NCBI GenBank assembly: GCA_963845095.1
Contig: CAWJQM010000006.1
Coordinates: 2,786-66,785, forward strand
Reading direction: 5' to 3'
DNA: 64,000 nt
DNA from: an uncultured delta proteobacterium
Lineage (GTDB): Bacteria; Desulfobacterota; Syntrophia; Syntrophales; Smithellaceae
Each line of letters starts with the position of its first letter. Positions within the stretch are counted from its first letter, which is position 1. Below are positions 19,086-28,396 of this stretch, one piece after another. The position numbers and the translations under genes were made by a program. A model generated the notes under the pieces. The model had not been told where the DNA came from. It ran no database searches and was given only the letters and a program-made list of their open reading frames with translations.

Positions 19086-20165
19086 GTGCGGCCGATGGAT
19101 ATGAAGCGTGCGTATTACGAGGATATTGAGCTTTTCAAAAGCGGTACAATTGTTTTCTGGACGATTGTTTTTCTTGCCGTGCTAGTCACATTTCCTCTTT
19201 ATTTGTCAAACTACTACTTGTATTTATTCAGCCTGATGATGGTGTATGTAATCGTGGCGGTGGGTCTTAATATTCTCGTAGGTTCAACCGGGCAGATATC
19301 GCTGGGGCATGCCGGGTTCTTTGCTATTGGCGCGTATGCGACAGTGCTTCTCATGACCAAGCTTCAGATTCCTTTTTTTGCTGCCATTCTCGCCGCTGCA
19401 TTTATTGCCGCGTTTTTCGGCTTTATTCTGGGACTGCCGGCTTTGCGGCTGGAAGGTCCATATCTGACAATAGCCACGCTCGCTTTCGGCCTGGCCATTA
19501 TGCATATCATCGGCCACACGGACTTCTTTGGCGGCAGACAGGGCTTGGTTGCACCTCCGCTGGATATAGGCGTGTCCCAGCTGGGATGGCGCTGGATATT
19601 GGACTCAATGATCGGTAAGTATTATCTGGTTTTGATTTTTACAATCGTCATGGTTCTTGGGGCCATCAATATTTTAAAAACAAGAGCAGGCAGGGCGTTT
19701 GTCGCCATCCGTGATAGTGACATAGCTGCCGAGGTGATCGGCATTAATCTGACCATCTACAAAACCCTTGCTTTTGCCACGAGTGCTTTTTACGCCGGGA
19801 TAGGCGGAGGGCTCTTCGCATTTGTGCTTGGTTTTTTCGACCCCTTTACGTTTAACCTGATCCTTTCAATCATCTTTATAGTTATGATCGTCGTAGGCGG
19901 CCTCGGCTCTGTTATGGGATCCATAACCGGGGCGATGCTCATCACCTACATGATGTATGACCTTTTCAAGAATATCGCTGAAGTTCCTGTTTTGGGGACT
20001 TTGCTGCTTAAATTTTCTCAGCAGTGGATGACAGTGACGGGCATGGATAATTTCAATTATATCGCTGTGGGCCTCGTCATGATCGGAATCATGCTGTTTG
20101 AACCACTGGGAATATTCGGGGGATGGATACGGGTTAAGAAATACTGGAAGACATGGCCTTTTTAA
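19086..20165 (+). CDS. HAAT-family ABC transporter permease (LivM-like)
   Basis: 359 aa, multi-TM, with the GQISLGHAGFFAIGAY signature of LivM-type permeases. The start may be ATG 19095 or 19101. Confidence 0.85.
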   Translation: MRPMDMKRAYYEDIELFKSGTIVFWTIVFLAVLVTFPLYLSNYYLYLFSLMMVYVIVAVGLNILVGSTGQISLGHAGFFAIGAYATVLLMTKLQIPFFAAILAAAFIAAFFGFILGLPALRLEGPYLTIATLAFGLAIMHIIGHTDFFGGRQGLVAPPLDIGVSQLGWRWILDSMIGKYYLVLIFTIVMVLGAINILKTRAGRAFVAIRDSDIAAEVIGINLTIYKTLAFATSAFYAGIGGGLFAFVLGFFDPFTFNLILSIIFIVMIVVGGLGSVMGSITGAMLITYMMYDLFKNIAEVPVLGTLLLKFSQQWMTVTGMDNFNYIAVGLVMIGIMLFEPLGIFGGWIRVKKYWKTWPF

Positions 20166-20203
20166 AAGGGAAGTAACAGTAACGAAGGAGAGGGGAGATA
20201 GAT

Positions 20204-21079
20204 ATGCCGTTTGGACAGTTGTTAATCGATGGATTGGCTATGGGTGCCTGTTACGGTCTTTTTGGGTTGGCGGTCGTTATTATCTACAAGACATCGGATG
20301 TGGTCAATTTTGCCGCGGGCGAGATGGCCATGTTTTCAACATTCGTTGCCTTTCATGTATTGATTATTTTCGGTTATCCTTTCTGGATTGCTTTTATAGC
20401 AGCGCTCCTCTTTGCGGCCCTGCTTGGTGTATTGGTTGAATATATCTTTTTGCGGCCGGCGAAGAATCCTACGCTGCTTGGCCTCATCGTGATCACGATC
20501 GGTGCGCAGATGCTCCTGGCCGGTCTGGCCAGTTGGAAATGGGGCGCGGAACAGAAACAATTTTCCATACCTGTTTCATACTCGGTAACGTACGAGCCGA
20601 TTTCCGGTTTCATCATCAGTGAATGGGCCATGGCCGTTTTCATTACGGCGATAGTGATCATGATTTTCATGTATTTCTTCTTCCAGCACACGAAGTTGGG
20701 GACGGCCATGAGGGCGACGCAGCAAAATAAGCATGCCGCGAAAATTATGGGGATCAAAACAGACCGTGTCTTTGCCTTCGCCTGGGGGTTCAGTTCTGTC
20801 ATCGGCGCCATAACGGCATTGTTATTGTCCGCCAAGGCTATTCTTGATCCACAGTTTATGATGGAACCGTTTCTCCGTGCCTTTGCTGCTGCGGTGCTGG
20901 GGGGGCTCATGAGCGTTCCCGGTGTTTTGATTGGCGGTGTAATCATGGGGCTTCTGGAGAACTTCTTTGGTTATGTCTGGCCGGCGTGGAAGCCGATAAC
21001 GGCTTTTGTGGTGATTGTTCTGGTTCTTTGTGTGCGTCCCAGTGGTCTGTTTGCAAAACACTATATTAAAAAAGTGTGA
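20204..21079 (+). CDS. HAAT-family ABC transporter permease (LivH-like)
   Basis: 291 aa. The N-terminus QLLIDGLAMGACYGLFGLAVVIIYKTSDVVNFAAGEMAM is the LivH signature. Confidence 0.85.
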   Translation: MPFGQLLIDGLAMGACYGLFGLAVVIIYKTSDVVNFAAGEMAMFSTFVAFHVLIIFGYPFWIAFIAALLFAALLGVLVEYIFLRPAKNPTLLGLIVITIGAQMLLAGLASWKWGAEQKQFSIPVSYSVTYEPISGFIISEWAMAVFITAIVIMIFMYFFFQHTKLGTAMRATQQNKHAAKIMGIKTDRVFAFAWGFSSVIGAITALLLSAKAILDPQFMMEPFLRAFAAAVLGGLMSVPGVLIGGVIMGLLENFFGYVWPAWKPITAFVVIVLVLCVRPSGLFAKHYIKKV

Positions 21080-21082
21080 TTT

Positions 21083-21550
21083 ATGAAGTTGAAGATGAAA
21101 ATAAGCAACCTGAGCGTTGCGATGACCTGTCTTCTCCTGGCCATGATGCTGAGTATTTGTGTGCCCGGAAGCGGTTTTTGCGGTTCATTGAAAGATCAGG
21201 AAGAAGATGCCGTACTGCAAGCTGCCCGGCATTTTCTTGATGCTGAAGTCCGGAGGGATTATCCGGCGGTTTACGCCTGCTTTGCATCCTCCTCTGCATA
21301 CACCCGATCGCACAGCTATGAAGATTATCTGGCGCAAGTTAAAGCGCTGCCCTACCGGATTGTCGGGTACCGTATCGTCACGGTGAGCTATATTCAGGAT
21401 AACAATGAAAGGGTAAAGTATCCCGCCATCGAGCGGGTAGCCCAGGTCGAAGTGGAATTAAAGTTTCTGCACGCGGATACGCAGGATATGTCAGAAATAA
21501 ATATTGGATTTATTTTTTTTAAAGAGCGGGGTAGGTGGTATAAAAGTTAG
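21083..21550 (+). CDS. hypothetical exported protein embedded in the ABC operon
   Basis: 155-aa ORF with an N-terminal hydrophobic signal (VAMTCLLLAMMLSICVPGSGFC). It is tightly packed, 3 nt after livH-like. No family was recognised. Confidence 0.5.
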   Translation: MKLKMKISNLSVAMTCLLLAMMLSICVPGSGFCGSLKDQEEDAVLQAARHFLDAEVRRDYPAVYACFASSSAYTRSHSYEDYLAQVKALPYRIVGYRIVTVSYIQDNNERVKYPAIERVAQVEVELKFLHADTQDMSEINIGFIFFKERGRWYKS

Positions 21551-21598
21551 CCGCCTGGTTTAAAAATGTTCAGAGGCCAGAGGTTGCAGGGTGATCAC

Positions 21599-21627
21599 TT
21601 GACAGATTTTACACTTGCAGGTTATCT
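21599..21627 (+). promoter_or_regulatory. possible internal sigma70 promoter for the binding-protein gene
   Basis: TTGACA (21599-21604), a 17-nt spacer, then TTATCT (21622-21627). Confidence 0.3.
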
Positions 21628-21691
21628 CCGGAATCAGGCAGCCTAAACAGACTATGCAGTAAACAAAACATCTGAAAAGGAGGAACAGTTT

Positions 21692-22891
21692 ATGCTTATC
21701 AGTAAAATTCTTGTAACAATGCTCGTTCCATTAATTGCAGTTTTTCTGGTTGCTACCGAAGGGCAAGCGCAGAAAAAGGGATTTGATGACAAAGAAATAA
21801 GAATCGGTTCATGGTCTCCTCAGACGGGACCGGCGGCACCCTGGGGTGCGACTTCGCGAGGTGCTAAACTCCTTTTTGATATGGTTAATGAAGAAGGCGG
21901 CATTCATGGCAGGCAGCTCCGCTTATTCATTCGCGATGATCAATACAACCCTTCCCAGACCATGGCTGCGGTAAGAGATCTGGTTGACCGTCAGGGTGTT
22001 TTGGCTTTTGTGGGCGGTGTCGGTACGACGCCCGCTCTTGCGGTGAGAGGCTATCTTGTGCAGAACAAGATTCCCCTGGTTTCTGTTATGACGGGCGCTG
22101 AGAACCTTCACGCGCCTCACGCCCCCTGGATTTGGGCTATGTGGCCGCTGTATGACGATGATGCCTCGGTTATGACGAAGTTTCTTGTGGAAAAGAAAAA
22201 ATATAAAAAGATCGGCATGCTATACCAGAATGACGATTACGGTCTGGATCCTCTCGCCGCGGTAAAGGATCGCCTTAAAACCTACAACATGGAACTGGCG
22301 ATTGCAGTTCCGGTCGAGCCGATCGAAAGGGATCTATCCTCGCAGATTTCCCGGCTCAAGGCGGCGGGCGTAGAGGTGGTGATCGGGTATGTAGCTCCAA
22401 CACAGGCGGCCATTGCTCTGAGAAACGCGGTTTCCGTCGGTTTCCATCCGCAGTGGATTCACTCCTACAACCTGACGGACTACGTTTTAATGAACCATAT
22501 CAGTGACGGTTTGTGGGCAAAAGAAAGGGTGATGACGTCAGCGTTCACGGAAGACATCCATGATTGGAGTATACCGAATATGAAAAAATATGCCGATGCC
22601 GCAAAACGGCTTGCTCCGAACGAACGCTGGGGAATATTTTACGCAGCCGGTATAGTTGCGGCAGAACCTCTGGTGCAAGCGCTGCGTCAGGTTGGCAGAG
22701 ATCTGAGCACGGAAGCCCTCGTAAGAGAACTCAATAACATTAAAAATTTCAAGGGTATCGGTCCGAGAGTAAACTGGAGTGCCACTTATCATTTGCCACC
22801 GAAGGAGTTCCGTGTCTGGCAGTGCGGTCCCAAGGGAGAAGTCATCGTACTTCAGGATTGGACAGTTAATGATAGACCTAAGAAAAGATAG
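21692..22891 (+). CDS. ABC transporter periplasmic substrate-binding protein (LivK / Peripla_BP_6 type)
   Basis: AAAGGAGGA RBS. Signal peptide. The strings IRIGSWSPQTGPAAPWG and DDQYNPSQ are typical of type I SBPs of HAAT systems. Confidence 0.85.
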   Translation: MLISKILVTMLVPLIAVFLVATEGQAQKKGFDDKEIRIGSWSPQTGPAAPWGATSRGAKLLFDMVNEEGGIHGRQLRLFIRDDQYNPSQTMAAVRDLVDRQGVLAFVGGVGTTPALAVRGYLVQNKIPLVSVMTGAENLHAPHAPWIWAMWPLYDDDASVMTKFLVEKKKYKKIGMLYQNDDYGLDPLAAVKDRLKTYNMELAIAVPVEPIERDLSSQISRLKAAGVEVVIGYVAPTQAAIALRNAVSVGFHPQWIHSYNLTDYVLMNHISDGLWAKERVMTSAFTEDIHDWSIPNMKKYADAAKRLAPNERWGIFYAAGIVAAEPLVQALRQVGRDLSTEALVRELNNIKNFKGIGPRVNWSATYHLPPKEFRVWQCGPKGEVIVLQDWTVNDRPKKR

Positions 22892-22903
22892 GGCGCCTAT
22901 TTC

Positions 22904-22933
22904 AGGGTGCGGCATCTGAAAATGCCGCGCCCT
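22904..22933 (+). promoter_or_regulatory. intercistronic stem-loop after the SBP gene
   Basis: A 12-bp stem (AGGGTGCGGCAT / ATGCCGCGCCCT, one G-U pair), a 6-nt loop and no U-tract. Confidence 0.5.
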
Positions 22934-23010
22934 GATCTTCCGGAAGGCGGTTTTTCGACAGATATATCTTGATGCGAATCAAGAAATAGAGAAAAAAGGA
23001 ATGATATTTC

Positions 23011-23790
23011 ATGGGCTATTTCAGTATCGAAAATTTGAGTATTAGCTTCGGCGGTTTAAAAGCTGTTAATGATATAAGCTTCAGCGTCGAGAAGAATGAA
23101 ATTTTTTCCATTATCGGACCAAATGGATCGGGCAAAACAACCATATTTAATCTAATCAGTGGTATCTATCAGCCAAACGCAGGGGCTGTCATGTTAGAGG
23201 GTGAAAATATGGTGGGTAAAACCCCCGATAAAATAGCCAGAAAGGGGATCGCCCGGACCTTTCAAAACATTGAACTGTTTGCCAATGCCACCGTCATGGA
23301 TAATCTCATGCTCGGCAGACACATCCATATGAAGACGGGCATCTTTGGCGGTGCTTTTATGTTGGGAAAACGATCTCGTGCTGCCCGTGAGGAGATTGCA
23401 CACCGCGAAAAAGTTGAACAAATTATTGATTTTCTCGAACTTCAATCCGTCCGGGATCAATTTGTAGGCTCGCTTGCCTATGGCAAGCGTAAGCTGGTGG
23501 AAGTAGGACGGGCACTGGCGCTGGAACCGAAGGTGATGCTGCTCGACGAGCCCTCTGCCGGTATGAACACGGAAGAAAAGGACGATCTTAACATCTGGAT
23601 CAAAGACATTCGGGAAGACTATAATATGACGATTCTGTTGATTGAACATGATATGAACATGATCATGGGAATATCGGATCGAGTTTTCGCCATGAGTCAG
23701 GGGCAGAAAATTGTTCTGGGATCGCCTCAGGAAGTACAGCGGCACCCCGAAGTCATAAAAGCCTACCTCGGAGAGGAGGAAACCGTCTGA
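23011..23790 (+). CDS. HAAT-family ABC transporter ATP-binding protein (LivG-like)
   Basis: Walker A GPNGSGKTT, Walker B LLDEPSAGM and H-loop IEHDM. Confidence 0.9.
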   Translation: MGYFSIENLSISFGGLKAVNDISFSVEKNEIFSIIGPNGSGKTTIFNLISGIYQPNAGAVMLEGENMVGKTPDKIARKGIARTFQNIELFANATVMDNLMLGRHIHMKTGIFGGAFMLGKRSRAAREEIAHREKVEQIIDFLELQSVRDQFVGSLAYGKRKLVEVGRALALEPKVMLLDEPSAGMNTEEKDDLNIWIKDIREDYNMTILLIEHDMNMIMGISDRVFAMSQGQKIVLGSPQEVQRHPEVIKAYLGEEETV

Positions 23791-24573
23791 TGCTGAAGGT
23801 GAAAAATATAGAAACCTGGTACGATCTGATCCGCGCGCTGCATGGAATTTCCTTCGAGATCAACAAGGGAGATATTGTCGCGTTGCTGGGTTCCAACGGT
23901 GCAGGAAAAACAACCACGCTCAAAACTATTATGAGGCTTTTCTATGATCTGAAGGAAGAGCAACCGGAAAAAGGTACCATAGAATTTCTGGGGCAGCGCA
24001 TCGACAGGAAAGATACATCCGACATCGTCAAAATGGGCATCAGGCTACGTGCCGGAAGGCCGCGAAGTTTTTCCCGAACTTACCGTTCTGGAAAACATTC
24101 ACATAGGCGCCTATACAAGGAATGATAAAAAAGGCATCCAGAGCGATCTGGAAAATGTCTTCCATCACTTTCCCATTTTGAAAGAAAGAAGTAATCAGCA
24201 GGCGGGATTGATGAGCGGCGGTGAACAGCAGATGCTGGCCATCGGCCGGGCGTTGATGAGCCGTCCCAAGCTGCTCATGCTCGATGAACCATCTCTGGGG
24301 CTATCACCTCTTTTAACAAAAGAAATATTCGGCATTATAAAAAATATTAATGAGAAGGATGGGGTTACAATTCTGCTTGTAGAACAGAATGTTAATATGG
24401 CGCTCAAATATTCCCATTTTGCCTATTTGCTGGAAAACGGCAGAATCGTCCGCGCTGATAAGCCGCAGGTTCTTCGGGAGGATCAGGATATCAAGGAGTT
24501 TTACCTGGGTATCGCTGCGGAACAGTCTGTTAAGGGATACAAGCGCTATCGAAGAAAGGTTCGCTTTCGCTAG
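23790..24573 (+). pseudogene. HAAT-family ABC transporter ATP-binding protein (LivF-like), one frameshift near 24043
   Basis: ORFs 23790-24125 and 24049-24573 join as ...IVKMGI / YVPEGREVFPELTVLENI. There is an apparent extra g in atcaGgctacgtg. Walker A GSNGAGKTT, signature MSGGEQQML and Walker B MLDEPSLGL. Confidence 0.8.
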
Positions 24574-24615
24574 TCTGGCCTGTTTTAGGCTTGAAAATAA
24601 TTCTATAAAACGTTT

Positions 24616-26451
24616 ATGTCGATTGTAAAGAGCAAGGGGGAGACAATGGCAATTAATACATTGCCCAAAGCGTTGTTAAATATAGCAGAAAAACAGCCAA
24701 ACCGCGTTGCCATGAGAAAAAAGGATTTCGGCATCTGGCACGATATTACCTGGGCCGATTATCTGGAAAACGTCAAGCATGTAGCCCTTGGCCTTCATGC
24801 CCTTGGTGTGAAATACGGCGAGCATGTGGCGATCATTGGTGAAAACAGGCCGGAGTGGCTCTATTCGGCCCTGGGCATTGTCAGCGCCGGGGGGGCCTGG
24901 GTGGGGATCTATACGACTAACCCGGTAGCGGAATGCGAATACGTGGTCGGTCATTCCGATGCTGTTGTCTATATCTGTGAAGATGAGGAACAGTTGGACA
25001 AGGCGCTTGTTTTCCGGGATAAGACCCCGAAACTGCGGAAGCTCATCGTCTGGGAGATGGAAGGCCTCAAGCATTACGAGGACCCAATGCTCATGAGCTT
25101 CCAGCAACTTCTCGACCTGGGGAAGGAAGAGGATCGAAAAGATCCGGGGCTTTTCTTGAAACTGACCGAACAGGCACAGCCCCAAGACATTGCCGGCATT
25201 ATCTATACGTCAGGAACGACGGGACCGCCGAAGGGTGCATTGCTTGCCCATGAGGGCTATCTCTGGATCGGCCGTGCGGCGCTTCAAGTCATGCCCTCAA
25301 CCCATGATGACGAGACCATTTCTTTTCTGCCCCTCAACCATGTGTATGAACAGATTTACGATATCATGTTTCATCTGACTGTCGGACACATCGTCAACTT
25401 TACGGAAAATACGGATACGGTTATGGCGGATATGCGCGAAGTGTCGCCGACGATGTTTCACGCTGTCCCCAGGATATGGGAAAAATACTATTCCGGGATT
25501 GTTCTGAAAATGGCCGATGCGACATGGCTGAAACGACAGCTCTACAAGGTTGCCGTAAAGATCGGAACACAATACAACAACAAAGCGCTGGCTAAGAAAC
25601 CAGTTTCCTTTCCCCTTTACCTGGCCTATCATCTGGCATACTTTGTTGTCTTTCGGAAACTCAAGGAGCGTCTCGGCTTTGACCAGGTGCGCTTGGGCGT
25701 TTCCGGCGCCGCCCCCATTTCACATGAAATTTTAAAGTTTTTCCAGAGCATCGGGATCCCCATTCGCGAGGGGTATGGCATGACCGAAACGACGGGTATA
25801 ACCCACATGTCGAGCGAAGTGGATTATAAAGTGGGAACTGTCGGCAAGGCATTACCGGGAACTGAGGTCAAAATCGCTGAAGACGGTGAGATTCTCGTAA
25901 AGCATAAAGGAATTTTCAAGGGTTATTACAAGGATGAGGAGCAGACCAAAGAAGTGCTTGTTGACGGTTGGATGCACACCGGCGACGTGGGTTTGATTGA
26001 CGATGATGGTTACCTCAAGCTGACTGACCGGAAAAAGGACCTGATCATCACGGCGGGCGGTAAAAACATCGCCCCCCAGTATCTGGAGAATCTTCTGAAA
26101 TGTTCACCCTATATTAACGACTCCGTTGTTATTGGAGACAAACGGAAATTTATAACGGCGCTCATTGTCATCGACGAAGAGAATGTCACCAAATATACCC
26201 AGGACAAAAAAGTGCAATATACGACTTTTGCGTCGATGACGAAAACCGAAGAAGTGATCGAGTTAATCCAGCAGGAAATCAATAAAGTAAATGCTCAGGT
26301 GGCGCGTGTTGAGAACATAAGGAAATTCAGAATACTGGACAAAAAGCTCTATACCGAGGACGGCGAAGTGACCCCGACAATGAAAGTGAAGCGCAAGGCC
26401 ATCAATGCGCAGTTCGGCGACGTCATCGAGGAAATGTATCGGGGGGATTAA
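24616..26451 (+). CDS. long-chain acyl-CoA synthetase (AMP-forming, ANL superfamily)
   Basis: AMP-binding motif IIYTSGTTGPPKGALL, plus GYGMTETTG and GWMHTGDVGLIDDDGYLKLTDRKKDLI. The alternative start ATG 24646 follows a GGGGGAG. Confidence 0.9.
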   Translation: MSIVKSKGETMAINTLPKALLNIAEKQPNRVAMRKKDFGIWHDITWADYLENVKHVALGLHALGVKYGEHVAIIGENRPEWLYSALGIVSAGGAWVGIYTTNPVAECEYVVGHSDAVVYICEDEEQLDKALVFRDKTPKLRKLIVWEMEGLKHYEDPMLMSFQQLLDLGKEEDRKDPGLFLKLTEQAQPQDIAGIIYTSGTTGPPKGALLAHEGYLWIGRAALQVMPSTHDDETISFLPLNHVYEQIYDIMFHLTVGHIVNFTENTDTVMADMREVSPTMFHAVPRIWEKYYSGIVLKMADATWLKRQLYKVAVKIGTQYNNKALAKKPVSFPLYLAYHLAYFVVFRKLKERLGFDQVRLGVSGAAPISHEILKFFQSIGIPIREGYGMTETTGITHMSSEVDYKVGTVGKALPGTEVKIAEDGEILVKHKGIFKGYYKDEEQTKEVLVDGWMHTGDVGLIDDDGYLKLTDRKKDLIITAGGKNIAPQYLENLLKCSPYINDSVVIGDKRKFITALIVIDEENVTKYTQDKKVQYTTFASMTKTEEVIELIQQEINKVNAQVARVENIRKFRILDKKLYTEDGEVTPTMKVKRKAINAQFGDVIEEMYRGD

Positions 26452-26481
26452 TTTGCCTTAAGCTCCTGGGGGAAAAAAGAA

Positions 26482-26510
26482 TTGACATCCCCAGGAGACT
26501 TCTCTATTAT
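26482..26510 (+). promoter_or_regulatory. sigma70-type promoter upstream of the alcohol dehydrogenase gene
   Basis: TTGACA (26482-26487), a 17-nt spacer, then TATTAT (26505-26510). It is partly embedded in a 9-bp inverted repeat, CTCCTGGGG / CCCCAGGAG. Confidence 0.45.
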
Positions 26511-26611
26511 TCCTGCTGTCGGAAAACGATGTCTTGGCCAATCACATTATCAAATTATCAGCATTAACTATACGGTCCCTTTATCAGGGACTTTCATAAA
26601 AGGAGGACGCT

Positions 26612-27810
26612 ATGAAATATCCAGAAGTCGCGTTTGAACCGTTTTTCAGTTGGGTTTGCCGGCCCCGTATCATGTACTCGCCGGGGTTGCGCAGCGAGGT
26701 GGGCTTTGAGATGGCCCAGCTGGGAGGAACGAAGGTAGTAATCTATACCGACAAGGGGTTGGTCGATGCCGGGGTGGCTCAGATGCTCATTGACGCTGTC
26801 GGGAAATCAGAACTGGAGCTGGTGGGTGTTTTCGACTCGATTCTCCAGGACGCCCGTATCGACATTATCAACGATGGAGCGCGGTTTTACCGGGAGAAGG
26901 GCGCCGACTGCATGATTGCTCTGGGCGGCGGGAGCGTCATGGATACGGCCAAGGCGGTAAACATTCTAATTGGCGGCGGGGAAGATGACTTTACACCGCT
27001 CGCCGCACAGGCCGCTCTCTGGGACGGGGCGAAGCCGCTGCCTCCCCATATCGCCTTCCCGACGACTGCGGGGACCGGCTGCGAGATCACGAACGCCATG
27101 GTCGTTCTGGATGTTGAGGCGCATACCAAGCTCTCGGTTACCCATCCCTACTGCAATTCCGATATCGCCATGCTGGACCCGGAACTCATGGTCAAGCTGC
27201 CCGCGAAGATCACGGCCTTCACGGGGATGGACGCATTGACGCACGCCGTCGAGGGGACGACCTCGCACTCCGCCAAACCGATCAGCGACGCCCTGTGTCT
27301 GCATGCCATCCGGCTGATTTTTAAATATCTTCCGCTGGCCGTTAAAGAACCGGAAAACATCGATGCCCGGGGGCACATGCTGCTGGCGAGTTGTATCGCC
27401 GGGATAGGGTTTGTCAATAGCCATGACAGGCGCCGTGCATGCCCTGGCGCACGCCCTGGGTGGACAATACGGGATTCCCCACGGTCTGGCCAACGCGATC
27501 CTGCTGCCTCATGTGATGGATTTCAATGTTTCCGAGAAGCCAGAGCGGTTTATGATGGTTGCCGATGCCATGGGGATCCCCGTGGACGGGAAAGATCCCG
27601 AAGCCTGCCGGAAGGCAGGCCGTGCAGGCGGTTAAAGACCTCCTCAAAGAGGTCGGTTTGACTCAAACGCTGAAGGATCTCGGTGTTCCGACTGACCGGG
27701 CAGCATTACAACCCCTGGTGGATACTGCCTCGGGGGACAGCCAGATCACCGCTAATCCGCGCTATTGTGAAGAGGAAGATATTCTGAATCTGTACTTAAA
27801 AGCCCTATAA
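26612..27810 (+). pseudogene. iron-containing (group III) alcohol dehydrogenase, two frameshifts (~27415 and ~27605)
   Basis: Three overlapping ORF pieces (26612-27661, 27411-27635, 27559-27810). Joined sense: ...IALGGGSVMDTAKA...TGMDALTHAVE...GIGFVN / AMTGAVHALAHALGGQYGIPHGLANAILLPHVMDFN...GKDPEA / GRQAVQAVKDLLKEVGL. Confidence 0.8.
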
Positions 27811-27833
27811 ACTCTAATAAGGAGGAGAACATC

Positions 27834-28253
27834 ATGGAATTTTGGAAAGACGAAACAGAACCGGTCAAAGCGTTTTTAGCGCTCTTTGAGGCATCGGCCA
27901 ATGATCCCGAACTGGGCGAAGGTTTGAAAAAAGTTAACCAGCTTATCTGGTTTGATTATACGGAGAGCGGCCCCAACTGTTCCTTCTGGGTTGACTCCCG
28001 CGGCGGGGAACTGAAATACGGAGCGGGGAAACCGGCCGGGGAACCGGATCTGATCATGAGCCTGTCCGCCGATGACGCCCATCGTTCCTGGTCCGACAAG
28101 CTCAATCCGGTGATGGCCATTACCCGCAGGAAGATCCGGGTGAAGGGTTCGGCGACAGGGCTGCTGAAACTGGCACCCAAACTGAAAAAGGTCGCCGCCA
28201 TCTACATGAAAGTTCTCAAGGACCTGGGCTGGGAAGATAAGATCATTAAGTAA
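27834..28253 (+). CDS. SCP2 sterol/lipid-carrier domain protein
   Basis: 139 aa. The strings LIMSLSADDAHRSWSDKLNPVMAITRRKIRVKGSATGLLKLAPKLK match the SCP2 C-terminal pattern. AGGAGGAG RBS. Confidence 0.7.
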   Translation: MEFWKDETEPVKAFLALFEASANDPELGEGLKKVNQLIWFDYTESGPNCSFWVDSRGGELKYGAGKPAGEPDLIMSLSADDAHRSWSDKLNPVMAITRRKIRVKGSATGLLKLAPKLKKVAAIYMKVLKDLGWEDKIIK

Positions 28254-28396
28254 GAAAGGATGAAGCGACCCGAAGGCTGAAGGCTAAGGGATGATTAGAC
28301 GGTTCCTGATTATTCGCCTGGATGCCTTCAGTAGTATTACTGGAAGCAGGAATGGGACGGATGCAGGCGGCATCCGGATGATTTGAGGAGTGTTTT

